A stretch of DNA of 64,000 nt. It comes from Callorhinchus milii (taxonomy: Eukaryota). Positions within the stretch are counted from its first letter, which is position 1; each line of letters starts with the position of its first letter. The notes beneath the pieces are model-generated. The model was not told the origin of the DNA, searched no databases, and was given only the letters and a program-made list of their open reading frames with translations. A program made the position numbers and the translations under genes. Positions 11,705 through 24,479 of this stretch are shown piece after piece. Where the stretch lies: the NCBI RefSeq assembly GCF_018977255.1, contig NW_024704743.1, forward strand, positions 112,406,001 to 112,470,000. Direction: 5' to 3'.

Positions 11705-12029
11705 ATAATCCTTGTAATAATCCTTGCATTTGACATAGCGCCTTAACACATCTTTGAGACGTCTCAAAGTGCTTCATTGTAAAGTGAATTGACTGCATAT
11801 TTGTGGGCGAAACGCGGCAGCCAATTGTGCACAGCAGTGTCCCACAAACAGTCGTGGATTGAAGTGACCAATTTATTATTGCTTTTTTTCTTGAGGGATT
11901 ATTAGGAGGCGTGTGGAGTAAGGAAACTTGCCCAAGGTTTCGCCCTGCCTGGAATTGAACCCAGGTGGGAATTGAATCCAGGTCTCTCGCTTGCATGGCG
12001 AGTGCTCTAACCACTGAGCTACAGGACTC
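11705..12029 (-). mobile_element. Full-length tRNA(Ala)-like-headed SINE (short subfamily) with a duplicated B-box
   Basis: Contains A-box TAGCTCAGTGG, two B-box-like segments, a Deu-like core and an L2-like tail. Confidence 0.9.
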
Positions 12030-12176
12030 TTCAGGATTTCTTGCTTTCAAATATATTGTCTGGCTTTTTTTCGTAAATGTGCTTTTGAGTGCAATGTATG
12101 AAGCGCTCCGGGATGCTGCCCCTTGTGAAGTGCGCTATATAAATGTTTTACAACATCTATATCATCATGTTAAGTA

Positions 12177-12395
12177 TCAGCCTGGCTCTACCTCACCTCT
12201 GAGTCACAAGATTGTGTGTTAAAGCCCATCTCGGGAATTTGTGATCATAGACAACTCTGGACACTCCAATCCTGGGGGAGCGATGCAATGTTATAGGTCC
12301 ATCCTTAAAAATGAATCGTTAAACTGAGATTCTGCTGCCTGTTCGAGTGGATGTTAAGGATCCCATGGCACTATTCGAAAAGAGTTTGAGACTAT
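12177..12395 (+). mobile_element. Older DeuSINE (SacSINE1/AmnSINE1-like) 5' part
   Basis: Contains CTCTGAGTCACAAG...GTTAAACTGAG...GGATGTTAAGGATCCCATGGCACTATTCGAAAA, shared with 16147, 27028 and 51712. Confidence 0.7.
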
Positions 12396-12436
12396 TTGAT
12401 GACCTGATAAGGTACAATGTCGAATGGAAGGATGCA

Positions 12437-12758
12437 AAATAATAATAGTAAATAATCCTTGCATTTGATGTAGCACTTTTTACGTCTTCAAGACATCTCA
12501 AAGCGCTTTGCAGAATATATTGTAAAGCGGATTGATTGTATATTTTGTGGGCGAAACATGGCAGCCAATTGTACTCAGCAGTGTCCCACAAGCAGTCATG
12601 GATTGAGTGACCAAATTATTATTGTTTTTTTCTCTTGAGGAATTACTATCAGGCATATGGAGTAAGAAAATTTGCCCAAGGTTTCTCCCTGCTGGGAATC
12701 GAACCCAAGTCTCTCGCTTGCTAGGTGAGTGCTCTAACCACTGAGCTACAGGACTCCA
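12437..12758 (-). mobile_element. Full-length tRNA-headed SINE (short subfamily)
   Basis: Has the head TGGAGTCCTGTAGCTCAGTGGTTAGAGC...GGTTCGATTCC, the Deu-like core and the tail. Confidence 0.9.
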
Positions 12759-14230
12759 CTCTTGCAAACTCTTTAAGTGGAAGAGCTTCAAAGAGGCAAA
12801 CTCTTTGAGTGGAATGTAATAGTGTTACCGCCACTTGATAATAATGATAAATCATGTCCTTTAGCACCTTTCACTTCATATACTGTAAAGTGTGAATCAC
12901 TGACAGAAAGACATTATTAGCTGACACAAGTTATACTTTTGGAACCATGTGTGACTTTAATGTATGTAATTTTTGAATATTCTCAGTGATTATTTATTTG
13001 AAAAGAGCATCACCTTGCCATCTATCAACGTCTTTCATTTTGCTCTGTTGCTCTTTGTGGTTCATTTTTGGCATAAAAGGCTGGACATTTCTAATCTGTG
13101 CTACGAGTGATTGAAATGAATCTCAACACAACCTGCCAGAGACAGGAAGGAGCCTGCCAATATAATTAAGGTCAAAACAAGCCTTTCAGTGTATTCTGAT
13201 CTGTTGCCCTTGACGTTTATCATTTTCTTTCCAAGCTGTTCATTGAAATTGTATAATCGTGTACATCATGTGCCAGAACAAACGATCTCCCCACTGTTAT
13301 CGATGTGGCTTTCTTTTCTTCTGAAAGCCATGTTATGTTCTCCTTGCCAGAGGAATCAAGTTCATAAGGAGCAGTTTTTGCCATCTCAGCTCCTTACAAT
13401 TTTAAAATGAGGAATAGGCTTTGTTATATAAATTGTTGACAACATTTGCTGGATAATCAGGATAAAACTCAAGACATATAGAAAGGAGAGCAATAGCCAT
13501 TCACTGCTTGGTGATCATTTTTACCATAGTCTTATCAGCAATGATCTGTCAATAAACTTCAGTTATTTAACTTGCTGTACAGGGAGTAATGAATCTCGAC
13601 ATGGAAAAACACTGAACTTCACTGCTGCTCACAGATATCACTACTGAACTCGACATGGAAAATCACTGAACTTCACTACTTCCATCTATCTTGCCCTCAC
13701 TATTTAATCCTTTCCTCCTTTGCCTTCATATTGCCTCATGCCTTATGAGCATCTCGAGAGCTTTGATTAGTCACTGTAATACTGAGGCTACATTGGCTTT
13801 CAGCCAGCAAGATTTTCCTCTCTATATTGCTATAATAATCATAATCTTTACATTTGATATAGCGCCCTTCATGTTGTGAGGACATTTTAAAGTGCTTCAC
13901 AGGATATAGGATATAGTGTAAAGTGGATTGACTATGTTTTGTGGGCGAATCATTGTAAATATGCAAATTATATCATATTTTCCTACAAAACTGTAGGTGA
14001 ATCCTGTTCCACTACAAAAATACAGTCACTTTAAAGTGAATCCTGTGAAGAACTTTGAGACGTCCTTCCGATGCGAAAAGCACCACATCAAACGCAAGGA
14101 TTATTACAACTGAGGAGTGAAAATAATGGGACAGTGCTTTAATATATTTGTATTCTCTGCCTGTTATTGCAGTATATATACATTTTATACGCTTTTAAAT
14201 TGCAATCTTAAACTCAAAGTTTATTTGTTT

Positions 14231-14852
14231 CACCCCAAACCGCTGAGACCCTCATCCACATACTCATCACATCCAGGCTCGACTACACAATTCCCTCCTT
14301 GTCAGCCTCTCCAACTCCTCCCTCCACAGGCTGCAAATCATCCAGAACTCTGTAGCCTGTGTGCTCTCCTGCACCAGGCTCCGCGACCCCATTACCCCCA
14401 CCCAGCTAAACTGGCTCCCCATCACTCAGAGGATACAGTTCAAGATCCTGGTCCTCACCTTCAAAGCCGTCCACGACTTCACTCCTCCCTACCTCTGTGG
14501 CCTCCTATACCCTTACCAACTTGTCCATTCCCTCTGCTCAGCGGACTCTGGCCTGCTTCATGTCCGTTGCCTTGTCCATTCCACCATTGGTGGGTGGGCC
14601 TTCAGCTTCTCTGCCCCCATCCTCTGGAACTCCATCCCACAGACCCTCTGCCTCACCCCCTCCCTTGCCTCCTTCAAGATCCGTCTCAAGACCCTCCTCT
14701 CCACCATGCCTTCGATCACCCTCCTATCCCTACCCTCCCTGCCCTCCACCCCTCCTGATCCCAACCACCAACTCGGGTGCGAATCCCTGACTGTCCAGCA
14801 CCTTGGGACATCCTCCTGACATGAAAGGCGCTGTACAAATGTAATCTTATTA
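14231..14852 (+). mobile_element. 5'-truncated, degenerate L2
   Basis: Encodes RLRDPITP..WLPITQRIQFKILVLTFKA...LWNSIPQ, followed by the L2 3' UTR. Confidence 0.9.
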
Positions 14853-16146
14853 TCTGATTGAGTTTTACTGGTAAAGTTGTGTATGGCTGGCAGTTGTCCT
14901 TAACTGTGACTGCATTCTTGAGTACTGTGGTCTGACATCTGGTAAGATCACTGTGGTGAAACTGTATTGTTGTTGTCAAAGGCAAGGATTATACTGTTCA
15001 ACAGATCCATCATATGCACACTCCAAAATAAAAAGCTGTTGCTTATTCAATTAGTTCTCATTCTGAAGCATAAACGTATTGTTTGTATTACTGTGACAGT
15101 CAGGTTAGATAAGAATCAGTGACTCTGCATAAAGGAAATGGGAGAGCAGCCAGTATAAGGCAATAGCTGCCTTTACTAACAGAATGCTGAGTTTACAGTA
15201 CTTCACAGATCAGGAAATAAAACCGCCTGTTAACAATTTACCTCCATTTTCTTTGGCCGTATTTTAACTTTTAGCTTTTCGTGATCCATAACTTTCATTG
15301 GTTTAATATTTCCGTTTGGCATTGCTTTTCCCGATTGCAGTATCTGGTTTTTTTACCCCGCTTTTGTTTTCTTCTCTCGTAAATTCTGGGCTGTGGACAT
15401 TCTTCCTCAATAAAACTCCTAGGCTCGAGAGTGTGGATAAATAAAAGCACAGAGTTATTTAAAGAGTTAATAAAGTAAACTGGAAAGTGCACATCATGTT
15501 ACTACCATGGTACACAAATGTTACAGTGTGCTGAAGGATTACAGCCATTAATTGTAAGTTGCGATACTGCTGCGTTTGCACTTCACTTTGGTTTTTAGTT
15601 TCGCAAACTGCGGCTATTAACAGGAAAGTGGGTGAAACGTCTCTTGGGTGGATTGCTATTGGCTGGACAATAAACAAACAGAATATTCCTTTTATTTTTG
15701 TGGCTGTGTAACTTGAGAGCAAAGGGAAATTCAGTGCAGTATATCCAGCAATATGAAAGAGCAAGCTGGACCTTTGAGGAATACAGTATCTGCCATATCT
15801 CTGAGATGGGCTGAATTACTGTACTTTCAGATCACATGTGGTTGAAGGTACCCTGGCAGGACTATATGGTACAAAATATGCTGAAGTGTTCAACAATGAC
15901 AGCTTTGATAGTGCTTTCGGTCATCTTTCCCTTCCCACCTTCTTCAGCTCCTAACCCTATCTCGGGTGCACAGCCCGCAGTGTGAAACACTTTGAGACGT
16001 TCTCCCGATGTTAAAAAGTTCTGTATTTTATTATAATTGTTGTATTTTTATTTCAAAATGTTGATCTTCTCATATAAGGGCACAGAACTCCAATTTGCTT
16101 ACATTCAGACATAGATAAGAGCATTTTAGAGCTTACAATATCAGCT

Positions 16147-16450
16147 GTCAGCCTAGCTCAGTTGTTAGCAAGTTTGCCTCTGTGTCAGAAGACTGCGGGT
16201 TCATTCTCTGAATTGGAACTGTGAGCTCACGGTCTAGGCTGAAATTCCAGTGCTAGGAGAGCATTGCTTTATCTGGGGTGCCTTCCTTTCAGATGAAACA
16301 TTAAACAGAGGTCCCACCAGCCTCTTCAAGCAGATATCAGAGATCCCATGGTACTATTCAAAAAGAGAATGAACAATCGCCCAGGTAAAATTCATCACTG
16401 TTTGTGGGGCATTGCTGTGCACAAATAAACTCCTGTGTTTGCCTGAAAAA
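16147..16450 (+). mobile_element. Older DeuSINE copy
   Basis: Has a tRNA-like head GTCAGCCTAGCTCAGTTG and the Deu-like segments GATCCCATGGTACTATTC and GGGCATTGCTGTGCACAAAT. Confidence 0.75.
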
Positions 16451-16896
16451 ACTTGAAAATACGTTGATCAACTTCCATAAAGTAAAAGTATCATGTTATA
16501 TTTAGCTAATTAATTGGAAGTTTCCTCTTCCTCCTGCTCTTACTTCAACACATAATGGAGCTGAAGCACTTTGTATCTATGGCAAAGAACGTTTATCATT
16601 ATGTCAGTGTTGGAAGGATTTGTTTCTTATGGAAAACANTTTTTTGTCACTGAGATGTTTTCAGCAGTTCTCAACTTCCCTTTCAGCAGTTCAAATTGTG
16701 TTCACTTTCTGATCTGTCTTAGTCCTTGTGTTATGACTGAACTTGTTCATTCAGGAAACATGTACAACTCGCCACTGGAATCTGGTTGGATTAATCTGTT
16801 AAGAATTTTGCTTTTGTGAAATGTACACTCATTGAGGCGAAGTAAAGGAAGACAAGTTCCCATTTTGCACATCCAATGTCAATGACACCCTAAATA

Positions 16897-17085
16897 CAAC
16901 AGCAAATTACACTTGTATAGCGCACTTCACATCGGAAAGAGGTCCCAGGGCGCTGGACAGTCAGGGGGATTTTGGACCCGAACTGGGAATTGGGGTCAGG
17001 AGGAGTGGAGGGCAGGGAGGTGGGGGCGGGAGGGTGGCCGAAGGCATGGGCAAAGAGGAAGGTCTTTAGACGGGACCTGAAGGTT
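16897..17085 (-). mobile_element. L2 3' fragment
   Basis: Reverse complement of the L2 3' UTR and ORF end. Confidence 0.75.
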
Positions 17086-17904
17086 TAGTATTGCATTGGT
17101 TCGATCCAGAGGGACAGTTCTAAAAATGTCTTCAACAGGATTTGGTTGACTTTGGAATTTCGAACAAAAACTATGAGAATAAGATGTATACTTAATAATG
17201 TATACAAAAACGTTCAAAGCTGAGTAATGAAGTTATTGTTTTAGTTTGTTGTCTTTACTTGACTATATATGTCAGGTTTTGATTCAAGAAGTTCATTATT
17301 TCAGCTTTCACTGCTGAATAGTGCACATTGAAAGCAATTATCAGTGCTATTGGAAAGACTTGCATTTAATAGTATGTTGTCAGGGTGTCTCAAAGCGTTT
17401 CGCAGGATTGACTGTAAAGAATAGTGAGTAAATTGGAAAAACAAAAGGGTCAAAATGATATTTGTTTGTTTACTTTGAAGCAGAGCTTTCCAGATCCCTT
17501 TTTGACATTAATCACCAGAAGAGGTTGCAGCACTTAGTAATTGTACTTCTCCCATCAGAATTAATGTAGGGAAACATTCAATTCTCATTATTAGGCAGTT
17601 TTAAAGTTAAATATTGTTCTATTTATGTAGTGTAACATTACATCCTTTGCAAAGTGGATTACCAGCCAATTAATGTGACTATTTAAAGCAGCCGTAATGT
17701 AACCCATCTTACTCAGTTAAAAGGTTAAATTGTCAAGTAGAATTTCCATTGCCGCAACGAATTGAAACCTTACTAAACTCAAAATGAAAAAACAGTAATT
17801 CATTGCAATTCAAAGTCATCGGCTGACAGCTTACAGAAATATTTATTTTCAATGACAACCCAAGGGAGGTTTGGGCTGTTTGGCCTTCTGGCCACAATTA
17901 GACC

Positions 17905-18232
17905 TCACAATTTAGGCTGATATTCCAATGCAATCCTGGAGAGTTGCTGCATTTCTCACATGAAACATTAATCTGAAGTCTCATCTGGCTGTTGAGGTAG
18001 ATGTTGAAGATCCTGTGGCACTATTCAAAAAAAGAAGGGAGTACTTCCTGTTATGCTGACCTATAATTTGCCAGATAAAGTTCGTCATTCACTTCATGAC
18101 TGTTGATGGGACAATACTATATGCAAATTGGCTGCTGGAATCGCCTAACAAAATCCATAGTCACTACACTTTTCAGTAAATCCTGTGAATGGCTGTAATA
18201 AGGTGCCATATCAAATGCAAAAGATATTATTA
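17905..18232 (+). mobile_element. Older DeuSINE copy
   Basis: Contains TGAAACATTAA...GATCCTGTGGCACTATTC...CAAATTGGCTGC and ends in a SINE tail. Confidence 0.7.
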
Positions 18233-18324
18233 TTTGAACTCATCATTCCAAAATACCATATAACATTTGAGTATTATTTTTTTCCTAATTGAGCCCAATT
18301 TTACATGTGCCAACCACTCTTTCA

Positions 18325-18730
18325 CAAGATTAGATTGGATGAAGGCCCTTCAGCCCATCTGATCTCATTATTCCAGAATACTCAATTTACCATCTGCCCA
18401 TTACAGCACCAAGCTGTGTTTTTTTTAAATGAGTTTAGTGTCCTGGCCTCAACCACCCTTTCTGGCATCCTGTTCCAGTCATTAATTACCCATCTGGGTA
18501 AAGAAACAACTTACTCAGCGCCGTGGGACGTCCTCCCGACGTGAAAGGCGCTCTATAAATGGAATCTTGTTGTTGTTGTTGTTGTTGTACTGTCATCTGT
18601 CCTAAAATTGCCCTTTGTATCTCTAAACCTGTGTCCTCTGTTCTACTGTCTTGCTGCATCCTCATGTATTGTTCTGGGTTTAGTTTTCAAGCCCATTTAA
18701 TATGTTATATACCTTTATAAGGTCTCCTCT
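18325..18730 (-). mobile_element. CR1-like 3' fragment interrupted by a tiny L2 insertion
   Basis: Contains GGCCCTTCAGCCCATC and GCCTCAACCACCCTTTCTGGCATCCTGTTCCAG, resembling a reversed CR1 3' end. Confidence 0.6.
18516..18587 (+). mobile_element. 72-bp L2 insertion (stem-loop and tail only)
   Basis: Near-identical to the reverse complement of 9-80. TACT lies on both sides (18512-18515 and 18588-18591). Confidence 0.88.
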
Positions 18731-20436
18731 GTTTCTGATTACATGTTCCAGTTGTTAAATATCCTCTGTGTAAAATATACTTTTCATCAGTTTCAAGCTC
18801 CACCACTGTTAGCCACTCCAAGACCTACTCCTGAGGAAGGGCGCTATATAAATGCATATTTTGTAACATTTGGCTTGTATCAAATACTGACACAAGATGC
18901 CTTGTTTGGGGAATCATGAATGTATGGTTTAACAAGACATGAGGGCTTTGTGAGGGGTTTGCACCTATTCACGACTGTCTTGGGTTTCAGGTTCTCAATG
19001 GTTTAAGGAGAGTTGTGCCTCTCCTCCCCCTCCCACAAGCCTACAATTTAGTGTTAAGCGGCTTATTTTCAAATATTTATTTGTGTTTGTGTCCCAAATA
19101 GTGTGTTGCAACCATCTCAAGTGCTTCTACTTAAGGGCCTACAGCACTTTCCCTGCTGAGATCTTTTTGATTGCTCCATAACAGCAGTACTGTTGGAGTT
19201 AGCCACCACAGCCAAATAGTTACGTGCTGTTTTGGCTGAAAGGCTAATCAGTGTCGTATCCAACCTGTGCAAGTGCTTAACACATTATTAATTCTTACCT
19301 CTTATTGGTCTCAGTGGACTGGTTTAAAAACAGCTTGATGCTTTGATGGGGGAACCATAGGGTGGGGTTTAAAGGATTGAGTTCAGATAGGCCAAAGGGC
19401 CTTCTTCAGCCAAACTGATCATGTGAGTCTAGCATTAGGTGTGATCAGCTCCTTATAGACATGAATTTAAGAGTCCATCAAATGTTAGGTCTTTGAGTGT
19501 CAAAATATGTTTCCATTCTTCACTGACAGTTGCAGTCAAGCTTCCCCAGTGGACAGTTTCCCAGTCTACAACAGGTTGTCTGGGGAGGAAGGGAAATTTG
19601 GCTGGAATGGGAATTCCTTTCAACACTATTTCAATGTTTTTCTTGGCAGATTAACCAAAAGTGAGATTTAAGGCATCCATAAACTTGTCTGCAGGCTTGG
19701 TGGCCCACCTTTACTGCATGAGAAGAATCATGTGGATGTGGGAAGGTAATTTGGAAGAAAATAACACTTCCACTTTTTTAACATAATACTAGGGTGCCTT
19801 GGGACTCTTGCTAGGGTACAATATCAATGACTTCATTCCAATTTTCCACTGTGTAGTGCCTGAAAACAGAGTGCCCAACATATTCCATCTGTAAAAGAGG
19901 CCTTTATAAACTGCAATTATTATTTATAAGTTTTCCTCACTCATGAGGTGAAAATGAAGTATGCAATGTGATAGTGATAAATAATGATCCTTGCATTTGT
20001 TATTTAATTTCAGAATGTCTAAAAGCACTTCACAGGTAATTGCTGTCAAGCATAGTGACTGTGTATTTATTGATAAGTATTATATAGCGCATGTTTCACT
20101 TCGTAAAAGGAAGTGTAAAGAAAGCTTCCAGTTGATGATCACTACCCTGTCCTGTGATGGCACAAAACTCATCAGAGACACATAAGAAAGAGTTCCACAG
20201 ATCACAGAGTCAACGTGAGCCTTGTGCCTTTGTCCACTTTCTGGTTTGTTGATCCAGTGAGTAATACCAAGACACAAGTTTACATTCAGCACTGTTCGGA
20301 CCACTATAGAGTTGATTGACTTTATTCATGAGATACTGTGAAGCCTTGACCTTTAATATACAAGTGAAGAATGTCCAGCATGGTCTTCCCAAGATTGGGT
20401 TAGGGTAATGTTGCAAAGCTACCCTTACTACTACAA

Positions 20437-20680
20437 TTAATAATAATCTTGCAATTGATGTAGCGCCTTATTACGTCTTAATGGCATGACACAAGATTTT
20501 ACTGTGCACAATAGTGCGTGTGTAAGCAAACAAGGCAGCCATGAAGTGAATGATCAATGCTATCTGGTGAATTGTTGGCCAGAAACCAGGAGAAACGCCC
20601 TTCTCTTTTCAGGTCGTACCATGGGAATTTTAACATCCTCTTGAACAGGCAAATGGGACCTCAGTTTAATGTCTCACCCT
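20437..20680 (-). mobile_element. Older DeuSINE copy
   Basis: Has the tail plus CCAGGAGAAAC...CCATGGGAATTTTAACATCC...GGGACCTCAGTTTAATGTCTCA. Confidence 0.7.
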
Positions 20681-22556
20681 ACATCAAGGCAGGAAAGGTA
20701 TAAGTTTTACACTTATTCTTTTTTAGTGCCAAATATAGAAATATTCAGTCTATGTTAGGGAAAATGGTTGGCTTGGTTTAGTTTACTCTACGATTGTAAT
20801 GTTTGCTTAGTTTGCCCTTTCACAATTGTCTAGCAATCTGTTTTTGGGTGTGTTTAATTACTTAATTAAAATCAAAGTTTATGATTGTTATGGCTATGTA
20901 AAGTCTCCAGTAATCAACCATCCTACTGGAAAAAGTTTCACTTCCAGAAATTTTCGCCTCTTTAGCATAATCATTGTCCCCAAGTTAGTGACTTTGCTGA
21001 TCGGTTGCTCTGTTCGGGATTGTGAATCTTGCCCACTGTTGTGTGTAAGTGATGGTAGAGCAGAGCCTAACTACAGAGAAATAAAACCTTGTGAATTGAC
21101 TTCACCCAAGCACCTGCCCCGGGAAGTTATACAAGCATACATCTGTTCAACAGATGTTCACTGAACATATATAACTTTATCAGTGTATTTATTTATGGCT
21201 ATACTCACTGTAGGCTCTTTGTTGAGAAGCCTCTTTTGATACTTTGTTGGTTCCTAACATATGAGCACAGTTGACATAATGCCACATTTGGTTCAATGTT
21301 TCCAATGTTTTAATCTGGATATATTTCAGACTCCAATCTGAATCCTTGAATTATTTATGATCTCACTTTTTCTGTTACTGCTCATATGCTCTGTTACCCC
21401 ATTATAGAGCCCTTAGGTATAGCATGGCCTCTCTTATAACACGGGTTTACTATTATCCTATGTGGCAGCCAGAAACACAGTACACCCGGCTTCCGGTGCT
21501 GACTGGGTGGCTCCCTGGGAGAAAAATTGGTCAACTTCTGAGTCATCAGAATGCCACTGATATCACTTCACAAAGTTTCCTACACATGTTCTCAACACAC
21601 AGGTAGTAACATCAACTCTGACCTGACAACCTGGAAATTGGCCATTTTTATGCTTCGCTTATAATGCCGTTGGCGAGACATTGGACCAAGCCAGCCGCGC
21701 TTTAATTAGATTTCCCTGTAGTTTGTGTTATTCTGTGCATAATGTCCAACAAAAAGAATGTGTTTTATCCCTGATGCCACCCCATAAATATTAGCACATT
21801 ACACTGACTGGAATATTTACTTCCAACACAGCTTTTCCCATTTTCCACTGTGCCCCATTGCCATTCACTGCATAAAATATTCTTATTGCTTTTTCATAAA
21901 CCAATGTCAGTGTTTGTTGACACAAGTTAAGTGACAATTTGATCAAATGCTATCAGACATTTTCCAAAAGCAACTATCGAAACATAAAACCGATTCGAAA
22001 AATATGACAAAGCTAAGATTACCAAAGCCAGAAAAATACTCTTAATTTTGGTACTAAAAAAAATGGTAAAGTTAGTCATGATTGAGCCAACAGACAACCT
22101 GTGCACTCTGCCACTGAAACCCGACACCACATTGTCATTCTTATGCAATAGGCCTTTATACAGGATATTTTCCACTTTGATAGAGCTAAGAGCAAAATGT
22201 GCATTTAATGTATTAAGATGGGGATGAAGCAGAATGGAAAATATTAAATTGTCACCAGTAATATAATTGTTTGAAATTCAGTCAGTGGTGACTGACTATT
22301 TTCTCTTAACTTTGGCCTTAAGGATATTTTTAGCTTTCTATATAGGTCCAGACTCCATTCTCTTGTTCCATGGGATTCATGACATCCTTATCAGTAAAAA
22401 TAGCAATCTTTATTTATTTGTTTCTAAAATTGTCACTTTTAGCAATCAGAACATGATTGACAACCACCCTCCCTCAAAATCTCTCTTCCTCATAGCGCTG
22501 GTTTTCTACAAAGCATACACTTCATTGCAGCACAAATTTGCATACAGAGGATAAGA

Positions 22557-22919
22557 TACTAATAATCATTGCATTAGATATAGTGCCTTATCATGTCTTC
22601 GAGATGTCTCAAAGCACTTCACAGAACATACTGTAAAGTGAGTTGACTGTACATTTTGTGGGCGAAACACAGCAGCCAATTGTGCACAACAGTGTCCCAG
22701 AAACAATCGTGGATTGAGTGACCAAATTATTATTATTATTATCTTTTTGAAGGGATTATTACCCTTGGAAAAGCAATCAGCCGGCTTCCTACTTACTGCT
22801 CGATGAACAGAGTCATGAGGATTAAAGTAACTTGCCCAACTTTCACCCTGCCCAGGAATCAAACCCAGATCCTTTCACTTGCGAGGCAACTGCTCTGAAC
22901 TCAAAGCTACAGGACTCCA
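22557..22919 (-). mobile_element. Full-length tRNA-headed SINE (long subfamily)
   Basis: Has the head, the extra internal segment (TTCCTACTTACTGCT...AACAGAG on +), the Deu-like core and the tail. Confidence 0.85.
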
Positions 22920-23644
22920 CAAGATGTGATATTCTATCCAAACAGAAACAACACTATTATACATTTTCTGTACATTTCACTACTGCACTTTCAGTTTTCT
23001 CAGGGTATTCAGATTAATGAAATTAATTTATTCAAAATTTTATGAAATGTGAAAAGAGTTGAAATTTAGCATTGTTTTAACAAACAAAAACAATCAAACA
23101 TACACTTTGATTTTTGTTACATTTCAATAAGCATTAAGTAAATTTTCATTATTATTAACCCAGAACTTCCATCAATCCTTTTGTTGAAAAGTTATTCCGT
23201 TTCCATACGGTTGTGTTTAGCCTATGTTGATCAACGTTCTTGCAACTTGAAAACGTGGACATTTTGAAAATAAAAACTCTGCTTTTGGCAGTGGTGCTGA
23301 AATAGTTCATAATAAATCCTTCTATTTCCAGGTTTTGCTGGTCTATACTCATATACGGGGCTAGGTTTATTGCTTGACATAATTCTTCGCTGTAGCTTTT
23401 CCAATGGAATATTTGGCTGCTGCAGCCAATAAATATGATTGCCACCCAGTTTTACCTACAACTAGCTTCAAATAGCTGCATTGTAACACAATTTCAAAAT
23501 GACCTGCAAAGGACTGAGTTGGATAAATCCCATAGTCTTGTGCATAGGATTTGCTCTATTAGATGCAGATTTAATACTGTATTAACTAAATATCACAAGT
23601 GTTGATTTGAATATCAAAAATCTGTTTAGCTGCCTTCCATGGTC

Positions 23645-23995
23645 TGTTGGGCAGACGAGGTGTTCAATTCCTGATCTGTGCCCAGTTAGCTGATCTCAGT
23701 TGGAGCAACAGGTACTACAATTCCAGCTGGAAAGGATCTTGAGAAAAGGATCAGGAATCTGGGGCAATATTTTGGTGGCTGCAGTTGGTCTCAGTGTCTC
23801 TTGGTTAAGAAGAAGAAAACGGTTGCAGTTCCTGCTCTCGATCACCATCCAGATCCCAACTGGAAGATGCACATGTATGGAAACCAGTAAGGACAGGATC
23901 AGCACTGTGCTGCCCTCTTTGGTAGAATAACCAGCCAACCCCCACCACTGTCAAGGCTCGCACATGAACAAGTGCCACAAGAGAGAGGTGTAGGA
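23645..23995 (+). mobile_element. Ancient SINE, AmnSINE2-like
   Basis: GATCTGTGCCCAGTTAGCTGATCTCAG...GTTCCTGCTCTCGATCACCATCCAG...AGGACAGGATC...CACTGTCAAGGCTCGCACATGAA resembles the AmnSINE2 consensus as I recall it. A second copy lies at ~56400-56670 (-). Confidence 0.6.
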
Positions 23996-24479
23996 GTGCA
24001 CCTGCGTTAACTTATTCAATAAAAGGAAAATACAAGTTAAAATGTCCTCAGGAGAAAATTGCCAGATGCCTCTCATTTATCTAGGGATTACAACAATTTA
24101 TATTCATAAGGTGCGTTTCATGTCGGGAAAATGTCTTTTCACACAGCTGACTGCTAGCCCGAACCAGGGAAAGCCGGGGCGGAAGATAGTTGTTGCTGAG
24201 GAGAAGTGGGGAGCAAAGGTGGCCAAAAATGAAGTTGGAGAGATGGTCTTGAGCTGGGTCTTTAAGGCAGGAAGGGAAGGGGAAAATGCAACTAAATAAG
24301 TTACTAGTGGTGACAAACTACCAATTCAGCATTTTCAAGATCAAGGTGTACCCAGATATCCATCAAGGGTGAGAATTTTGTGTATTGGAATATCAACAGA
24401 ACTAAATTCTGGCAAAGCTGTGTTGTGGAGCCTAGCAGGAGATGCACTTAATGCACTGACTAAAGTTTCTTATGTGTCA

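Noticed and set aside
16639-16639. Ambiguous base n within an 82-aa ORF
   Set aside because: It is an assembly ambiguity in an unsupported ORF and carries no biological signal.
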